Shown here piece by piece: positions 60,001 through 64,000 of a stretch of DNA of 64,000 nucleotides; within the stretch, counting starts at the first letter, position 1; every line of letters starts with the position of its first letter. The notes beneath the pieces were generated by a model. It saw only the letters and a program-made list of their open reading frames with translations, was not told the origin of the DNA and made no database searches. The DNA is from Salpingoeca rosetta. Taxonomy: Eukaryota > Protista > Choanoflagellata. The stretch lies in assembly GCA_033442325.1 (NCBI GenBank), contig JAWQFM010000014.1, forward strand, positions 705,445-769,444. The letters are read 5' to 3'. The position numbers and the translations under genes were made by a program.

Positions 60001-63000
60001 CAGCCAGAGCAGGCGCGCCTGCACGCCGCACACCAGCGGCCCGGCGACGTCGCGGACGGCATTGACGGGCAGGGCGACGGCCGCGGCATTCTGTCTGGCT
60101 GGCTGCACTTTTCCAAGCCCACGACCGCCGCCACCGCCGTAGACGACGACGACAGCGCCAGCCCGCCCACGCTCGTGTCCTCGTACCTGCAGCTGAGCGG
60201 CAGCGCGTGGAGCGTGGTTGACTGGTACGTGAGTGCCTCGGAGACGTGCGACGATGCCATTGCCGCGGCTGGCGGCAGCACGCGCGAGGACGTGTTCAAC
60301 CCGCACGGCGTGGCAACCACAAACACCTCTGGGTACGATGACGACTGCGGCACAGGCCGCAACCAGCTGCGGTGCGCAGCGGGCGACCTTGCCAACAAGC
60401 TTGGCACGGACGGCCTCGCTGCGTCGTCCTCACCATCCTTTGGTCGCGCTGACGTGAGCACGCAGCTGACGGGCGCGGCCACCATCATCGGGCGGCCGCT
60501 TGTGGTTGTGGCGCAGCACGGGACGACCCAGCAGAAGGAGGCGCTGTGCACCGTGGTGCGGTCGTACGGCGGCCCCAAGGTGAGCGACATTGACACGCCC
60601 CGCGAGCGGCTGGGCATTGCCGTTGTGGCGACGACCAGCGACCACGGCACGTGGCAGCTCTACCGCAACGAGGCGCAGGGGTGGGTGGATCTGCCGGAGG
60701 TGGCCTTCACCAACGCCCTGCACCTGCGTGCGTCGGACACGAACCGGCTGCGCTTCCGCCCCGAGACGCACTTTAGCGGCGACGAGGCGTGCGGCGTGTG
60801 CCCGACGCCGCGCCGCAAGAGCTGCGTGCCCTGCGCGCTCAACAGGACGGTGGGCAGCCTGACCTTCTACGGGTGGGACGGCAGCAACGTGGTGGCGGAC
60901 GGGGTGCGCTTCTCGCTCGCGCTGGCCGGTTCGTCGAGCTCCTACAGCAACCAGTCCAGCACGGTGCTGGTGCAGGTGCAGGACGCCAAGGTGAACGAGA
61001 CGGCGCCGCACGGCACGTCCTACGAGGTGCTGTTTGATGTGCAGGACAACGTGGGCAACCAGGCTGAGACGGTGACGCGCATGATCCGCGTGGAGGACAG
61101 CACGGACCCCGTCATCACGCTTCGCGGCGACGCCATGCTGAAGCACGAGGCTGCCACGCCATATGTTGACGACGGCGCGACGGCCTTTGATGCCCACGAC
61201 CTTTGGGTGAGCAACAACGTGTTTGTGGAAGGCATTGACGGTGACGTGCCGGCGTACCCGACGCCGCCCGCGGCCATCTCCGTGCTGTCATGCGACCGGG
61301 AGAACGACCCCCGCCTGGCCCTGCCCACGTACCAGGACGAGTACGGCCCGCTGTACACGTGCTCGCTGCCGCAGGACATGGCGCAGGAGCCGTTCTTCTG
61401 CGTGGAGCGCAGCGAGCCTGCGGCCACCGACCCGCTTCTCCAGCGCAACGGCGGCGGCATTCGCCTGCAGGGCAGTGGCCGCGTCAACGGCTACACCATG
61501 CCGTGCACGCTGACGGGCAGCCGCCTCACGTGCTTCTCCAGCGACACGGCCGCCCAGAACCTGCAGTACCCAGGCACGGCCACGGAGCGGCACCTGGCCT
61601 GCGCTGCGCGCGTGCGCACGCCGCTGTGCCAGTACCACGACTACATCCTTGCCACGCGCCACCGCTATCCCGTGAGCGGGGAGGTGGACGTGTACGCGCC
61701 GGACGGCAGCACGTTCACGCTCAACTACACGGTGGCGGATGCTGCAGGCAACTCGCACCTGGTGCAGCGGCAGGTGGAGATTGAGGACACGCGGCCGCCC
61801 GTGCTGCGCCCCTTCAACCAGGGCAACACGCTCGAGTTTGTCCGAGAGAACGGCGTGGCGGCGGAGCCGTACAACCCGCACGACTTTGCGTGCGCGTCGA
61901 CCATCGCCAGCCGCTTCACGGAGGCCAACGCCAGCATGATCCACTGCGTGTCTGCGCTTGACACGCTGGAGGGGGACCTGAGCTGCGACGTGACGACGTC
62001 CGTGTACGTGTTTGGCCCCGGCAGCGGCATGCAGGAGCAGCTGACACGCTTCCGCCGCGCAGCAGAGGTGCACAGCAGCGAGGAGCTGTTTGTGCAGGTG
62101 AGCGCGTCCTGCGTCAACTGGAACTCGTTTATCGAGCTGCCCTTCAACACGTCATCGACGCCGACCGACCCCATCTGCTTTGATGCGATGGGCACGCTGG
62201 ACCTGGTCAACGCAACAGCGCCGCTCAACACATCGTACCTCATCACGTACACGGTGCAGGACCACTCGCGCCAGCAGCACCGCGTGAGCACGCAGCGGCT
62301 GCTGACGCTGGTGGACGAGCGGCCGCCGCAGGTGCGCATCCTGAGCGACCCCGTGCTGTTTGTGGACTACCTGACCAACTTCACGGACGCCATGGCCAAG
62401 CAAGGGCTGGCCGTGTTTGACGAGCACGATGGCGAGATCACCACGGCCATCCAGGTGGAGTCTAATGTGAACACGGCCGTGCCGGGCAACTACACCGTCT
62501 CGTACACAGCACAGGACCTGTCTGGCAACCGCGGCGTGACGGCGACGCGCATTGTGGTGGTGCGGCCGCCGGCGGAGGTGCAGCTCATGCGCAACCAGAG
62601 CACCGTCTCGTACGGCCTCACGCTCCGGTACATGCGCCCCTCCGTGTTCAACACGTTTGACGGCCACACCACGTTCCGCTGGGCGCTGTGGTACTCTGTG
62701 CGCAACTTCAGCGACGCCTTCTCCGACCTGCGGCGCAGCGACATTGTGCGCCTGGACGCGCGCGGTGTTTCCACGCCCGCTCCCCGCGCCCGCCGCGACG
62801 TGACGGCAGAGCCCGAGAACACGGCCGTGTCGTTCTCGCTGGCCACCCCGTGCGACCGCGCGGAGGAGCTGGCGCAGGTGCTTGGCCTCGTGGTGCGACA
62901 GGGGGTGCTGCTGTCCAACCTCAGCGTGGCGGCGCCGCTCACGTACGACAACGTGTTCCCGAGCGTGACGGGCCAGCCTGCGCTGGGCCTGGGCATGTGC

Positions 63001-64000
63001 CCCGTGGTGACAACAACCACCACGACGACGACAACCACGACGACGACCACGGACAACTCGACGACGGTGGACCCGACGCTCAACAGCTCGTCGGGCGGCT
63101 CCAACGACGCGGTCATCATCGTGGCTATTGTCATCCCCGTGCTGCTGCTCATCATCGCGCTGGTTGTGTTTGTGTACCGCGCGACAAAGCCGAAGAACCG
63201 CCTGGACGCGCTGCTGCAGTACCAGGAGGCGCACGAGCTGTCCCACTACGGTGGCGTGCCTGGCGGCCCCGCCGGCGACAAGGGCCAGACGATGGTGCGT
63301 GTCGGCAAGTACAACGTGGAGGTTGACACCAGCCCGCAGCTGCAGAACGAGGACGTGTATGCGTTCCACACGCCCAAGAACATGACGCCCGGGCAGGCCA
63401 AGGCACAGGCGACGGCGAAGAAGGCGCCGCCGCCGCCGCCAGAGGACATTTACGAGGACGTGGACCACAAGAAGTCCACGCTGCGGCGGCCAGGGGATGC
63501 GCTGCAGCCCAGCACTGTGTTTATCGAGAGCGCGCCGGAGACGTACGAGGCGTTTGACTCGAGCAACCCGGCATTCTCCAGCGACGCTTCGCTGCGGCCC
63601 ACAGGCTTCCAGCACACGGATGACGACATCTACGATGGCGTGGACGGCGGCAACATGGGCTTCAGCTCGCACGACAAGTCGTCCAGGACGGGCGACCTGG
63701 CCAAGGTCACGGAGGAACTGTACGAGGTGCAAGGAAAGGGGGCGACGCTGCGCAAGAAGCCGCCTGCCCCACCGACGGTACCGACTCCCGTGGCACCAGC
63801 GCCCCTGGCACCGACAAGTTTCCAGCCCACGGAGGACGATATCTACGATGGCGTGGATGTTGCTGCTCCAGCTGGCTTCAGCTCGCATGACAAGTCTTCT
63901 CGCACGGGTGATTTGGCCAAGGTGACGGAAGAGCTGTATGAGGTGCAGGGCAAAGCGTCCACACTTCGCAAGAAGCCACCGGCACCTGCGCCAGTACCCG
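51055..64000 (+). CDS. Giant single-pass (type I) cell-surface receptor/adhesion protein, >4315 aa, intronless in this window, 3' end beyond the window
   Basis: Frame +1 open from ATG 51055 to the window end (translated by eye; absent from the ORF track because there is no stop). Signal peptide (VWWWLGATLLTSLVLMPASGA); ~9 DUF5011/HYR-like Ig repeats (D[TS]xPPVITLxG...Y.V.D.AGN...R.V.V); TNFR-like Cys repeats (PTPTSDRVC); a cupredoxin-like domain; bacterial cadherin-like repeats (VNDSP, NNPPLLDLN, SNDAPVL); a Link-like module; six SOD-fold repeats; a SEA-like domain with RARR; a Thr stalk; TM 63109-63177 (AVIIVAIVIPVLLLIIALVVFVY); a Tyr/Pro-rich tail. Strong GC3 codon bias and no dinucleotide microsatellites. 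Confidence 0.93.
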   Translation, partial: MMGLQGRPEPPSSAARCTVWWWLGATLLTSLVLMPASGAHGTIVIQGPAVQTLEGGSAYRDAALCNHDPVKKPFCAYKQGGRSDGQDITITGLPLQCSTTTGACTVTAPTAQCFTDADCQTTSLLVDGVPATNPDEPAAIVYNMGRYVITFKVNGNSESCTYENPGTKEPGQPDCTRILYVRDRTPPVITLIGDKTVVLQGGEEFSDPGATGHDVVDGAMDYIADPPCPVERDGDGNIVKFIGSPGQICRFVTTADLVIDNKEIKNQTIYYIALDTTLNYRQVERTIVLEDTIPPVMTLCGPHDVVGDSSHEAGQEYIDAWCTPKDNPCLMPKDRQLTMQECEAKSQCMWIAGASLDVDGFCHLKTSPCFGIRDENDCNADSDCTWCPRGVTAFDIVDANPTDAIKVNNPVDSQSLGIYTITYTLADENGNVATPVTRRVRVRDTTAPAITLLGDSEVEVEGATFYFERFATASDSFEGDITNRILLKVDRLGNLDCTKSRGCGDPNFVDPYAPAGTSFLLTYSVADSSGNSDSMTSRATREVTIIDTTAPVLQLLGPNPLNVEGATVYTEPGATATDTLDDDDTLSQSIIIGGDRVDTNAPAFSSFNISYDVNDAAGNPARSLFREVVVVDSTPPEISLVGDASIVVDAARDYTDKNVTAEDSLDGPYQFLPRFASRIRKVVRRLDVSCSDTEYETAPQSALVARSCAPLTTCTAGQFESLAPTPTSNRQCQGTRAPCALGQDYEIRAPTPTSDRVCEDCSGARQQLAPRSLYSIINRTDCFDVNPPNLVVNVTWPSMPEQDDQQSSAASNDNSDNGTTTTTMSPNTTPPFAHTKEVNGVVVTTIFVNDTVAWYFDPYLVDIVALNGYFNSSTVFNRSDYLPPTLPPPTTAAMQNLTSTSTSTTTAATTTTSTTADANATTTAAPVITPPPRNITIERFAVVFTEAGEYEYTSTLNSSLRGVVRVIDLPVFDSCDLEASPLFNPNDTARVVPLRQEIAELEAYAHLFADVSLPSIDEDYTGLCQRMSTVFLRDVLFDYAFPPGSGARAGQLQQLPASLLIEAIDEDLGRLEARADANAAWRRVVAPQVLAVGENSLVRFIPSPNLYGRATFSWRMVDGSREADDFLGTGQVQILPVNDSPTITGSAAVNFVDEDTPVDDINPTRVEDLMASAMDNDRITDANVTIGAAVVAVDNRFGTWQFACPPPNVNGGNNNLQFQAFRGGVAPDTTVHTLPAPTVATLLGPECFLRFVPETNFNTEFDLTGEPRPASDTPTIQVRAWDQTGERMSQLHEGVDTTQGPGTRGSPFSANIATAGVTVYRTDDPPNIIIAPGGAEYTATFAPGSLTPVGFVDDDALALETPDGPLLSEIRIRISNVQDGGAEELLYETTDTGLEVTVERPPNTILAFIRLANRAESRRDQRFFFAVLSSMRYIHRNVNATRGERVVSVQGVLGRVPGEPAFATISVNAANNPPLLDLNPALRGHDTFVVYASDGTPSTLAPAASLIDEDSDPITEVTITIEGGFLPREELLLPTNMTGGYVVTTSEEDGSITIRPAPGVDAGALDADKLGSLLRQLEYVYPAPLPPPPPATTTMPAANATTTVPNNATVTSTVAANMTTTSTTTTTTTTTTTTTTTTTTPMPMLMTTRRVVLTVSDGRDSTSSRVHISPSMAESPPYLDLNGERPGVDTAVTYSESQGLLALADSPFVLVPGGQPLAEVRVRIASSPDCLNERLVLPDEIANSHSFNFANFDVSTGKLVFRGSATTGTWANAISSVAFVSDAATLSGTSRTVVFEIVTDTGVVSNPARVIISLTASNDAPVLNPFGGPLSLSVTQDVSDWDNAGWPVRSLIDEAQPLSYRSRAELLSCGTAGCTHAAAQGQCAAKGLQLCTHAQVWQAWPNFPHPNADGTGGNEGGDDVVAWLSTPQNGTQNLPSLSARSMQVGNVLLEDASALDSEHAQVLHLYPNADEPRFAFALKRDSRLGLPLWAACCELPESEAPGTAGLEAVAVFRTAGVTGRVTFRQRAPGATTHVHFNLRGVGRQLREYSIYAGQTAAPTSADRCDTVGSIFDPLNLGRCEQGEDDAASCAIGDLSRRVGQFASDQSYFDRYVTDANLPLFGDNSIIGRSFAVLRNGRPSVCVPIVVSRPSRQTYATVEMDDEVRGSVAMQQFASQDGTLTQTLVTTNLRLVNPPSLAPQIVDWSLVSSADGTCAAATPLFDVPLRVRQPMFTSTAQVWAPTTSAWVQPLEAQANQGNASLPVAWSTLALDLEQDSLCLDAMAQLNPLVLAGSDGDAGSAMPRLCVYVDADASASASTSAGTCDAVWGQAGARLRAAWCQPPTCTADGWCSVRDACVSASTAFGIATPGAGTSGSAAEEASDAAKVAAFMSAAVALHPGTAAATTAHERTSLYTARRTIANTSTLCAGFVPGAEACPANADACEAGDWTARYGRLTLQPINTRFMSARNLPLLSSNDVSSVLPPPAFASTTPSKASLRVQRPDGTYSCAPVKEQVKPREVIARVDINGIQGFVTFYQASPDAATQVKVELRGTGLAQDNSLIGAKMTITSNAVNLQGLSMSEVCSDLGDLFHPDNTTLTGTCSAGNLASCSVGDLAGKHGALPNQPPYEQYFEDNDLPLFGKRSIVGRSIRLMQGSTLLACAPILYVDPVRVARATLHSPVHGYVTAFQLRDEADKTLGDASGTHAAETIFIVDVARSDVNATQGALDVDWAVREYDNACTCQRLGPALALTTTGEAVGDLSSEVGGVRIPGSGQASARQVFASTRLSLSMLLNQSVYFSNDACAVFREVLPVELVASFDREDVHGHVTLRQDHMLALTQVTVTLAGLEDRGNGIRVEDRRLLQTLDDEGTPQLDCNSGSTIFDPLKIGRLCDNRLFASSSDVCAPGDLSGRHGGVDRLPSARNVFDDYYLNLYGPSSLASRGLVITGSTVLQQLRNRPWICANLDATEPAAATQAAAVFSPAQPEQARLHAAHQRPGDVADGIDGQGDGRGILSGWLHFSKPTTAATAVDDDDSASPPTLVSSYLQLSGSAWSVVDWYVSASETCDDAIAAAGGSTREDVFNPHGVATTNTSGYDDDCGTGRNQLRCAAGDLANKLGTDGLAASSSPSFGRADVSTQLTGAATIIGRPLVVVAQHGTTQQKEALCTVVRSYGGPKVSDIDTPRERLGIAVVATTSDHGTWQLYRNEAQGWVDLPEVAFTNALHLRASDTNRLRFRPETHFSGDEACGVCPTPRRKSCVPCALNRTVGSLTFYGWDGSNVVADGVRFSLALAGSSSSYSNQSSTVLVQVQDAKVNETAPHGTSYEVLFDVQDNVGNQAETVTRMIRVEDSTDPVITLRGDAMLKHEAATPYVDDGATAFDAHDLWVSNNVFVEGIDGDVPAYPTPPAAISVLSCDRENDPRLALPTYQDEYGPLYTCSLPQDMAQEPFFCVERSEPAATDPLLQRNGGGIRLQGSGRVNGYTMPCTLTGSRLTCFSSDTAAQNLQYPGTATERHLACAARVRTPLCQYHDYILATRHRYPVSGEVDVYAPDGSTFTLNYTVADAAGNSHLVQRQVEIEDTRPPVLRPFNQGNTLEFVRENGVAAEPYNPHDFACASTIASRFTEANASMIHCVSALDTLEGDLSCDVTTSVYVFGPGSGMQEQLTRFRRAAEVHSSEELFVQVSASCVNWNSFIELPFNTSSTPTDPICFDAMGTLDLVNATAPLNTSYLITYTVQDHSRQQHRVSTQRLLTLVDERPPQVRILSDPVLFVDYLTNFTDAMAKQGLAVFDEHDGEITTAIQVESNVNTAVPGNYTVSYTAQDLSGNRGVTATRIVVVRPPAEVQLMRNQSTVSYGLTLRYMRPSVFNTFDGHTTFRWALWYSVRNFSDAFSDLRRSDIVRLDARGVSTPAPRARRDVTAEPENTAVSFSLATPCDRAEELAQVLGLVVRQGVLLSNLSVAAPLTYDNVFPSVTGQPALGLGMCPVVTTTTTTTTTTTTTTDNSTTVDPTLNSSSGGSNDAVIIVAIVIPVLLLIIALVVFVYRATKPKNRLDALLQYQEAHELSHYGGVPGGPAGDKGQTMVRVGKYNVEVDTSPQLQNEDVYAFHTPKNMTPGQAKAQATAKKAPPPPPEDIYEDVDHKKSTLRRPGDALQPSTVFIESAPETYEAFDSSNPAFSSDASLRPTGFQHTDDDIYDGVDGGNMGFSSHDKSSRTGDLAKVTEELYEVQGKGATLRKKPPAPPTVPTPVAPAPLAPTSFQPTEDDIYDGVDVAAPAGFSSHDKSSRTGDLAKVTEELYEVQGKASTLRKKPPAPAPVP
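57073..60561 (+). repeat. Six tandem Cu/Zn-SOD-fold (CSRP-type) protein repeats within the giant ORF
   Basis: Repeats at ~57073-57489, 57508-58590, 58606-59049, 59062-59478, 59491-59949, 59974-60561 share G.V.F.Q...T.V, C...F[DN]P, C..GDL..[KR]HG and LPLFG..SI[IV]GRS..C..I. Confidence 0.82.
63601..64000 (+). repeat. Cytoplasmic tandem ~71-72-aa repeat (DDIYDGV...FSSHDKSSRTGDLAKVTEELYEVQGK..TLRKKPPAP), at least 2 copies
   Basis: IYDG at 63628 and 63841; the Tyr of ELYEV at 63721 and 63937. Confidence 0.95.

Noticed and set aside
57073-60561. Calling the SOD-like repeats an active superoxide dismutase
   Set aside because: The copper-ligand histidines are missing wherever the repeats can be aligned.
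51145-63925. Many minus-strand and frame +2/+3 ORFs up to 578 aa (e.g. 58000..59553, 62152..63888)
   Set aside because: Shadow ORFs of the GC3-biased frame +1 giant gene; no recognisable motifs.

Overview
Eukaryotic, intron-rich, GC-rich genomic window with (CA)n/(GT)n microsatellites in almost every intron and two assembly gaps (N-runs ~8505-9346 and 25640-25739). The style fits a choanoflagellate such as Salpingoeca rosetta (inference, not proven). I reconstructed 13 protein-coding genes by hand from GT-AG splice sites and protein motifs: Na+/K+-ATPase alpha (-), a PH-domain ARHGAP22/24/25-like gene lacking its GAP core (-), a DHYC-type palmitoyltransferase (-), a dual-specificity phosphatase (+), eRF1 (+), UQCC1/Cbp3 (+), a 53BP1-like Tudor-BRCT protein (-), ornithine aminotransferase (-), ENY2/Sus1 (+), RPL39 (-) with a candidate intronic C/D snoRNA, TBC1D19 (+), TBL1-like LisH-WD40 (-), and a giant gene missing from the supplied ORF track because it runs off the window. 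That gene is a single uninterrupted frame +1 ORF, 51055..>64000 (>4300 aa), encoding a type-I membrane receptor. Its ectodomain is nested like a Russian doll: a DUF5011/HYR-like Ig domain is split by a ~2600-aa insert; a bacterial-type cadherin-like domain inside that insert is split by a ~1300-aa insert holding a Link-like module and six Cu/Zn-SOD-fold (CSRP-type) repeats that have lost their copper histidines; one of those repeats carries a further insert. The cytoplasmic tail has tandem tyrosine/proline signalling repeats whose 26-aa core differs only at synonymous sites. This receptor is the most striking element. All domain calls come from motif recognition by eye, not from database searches.
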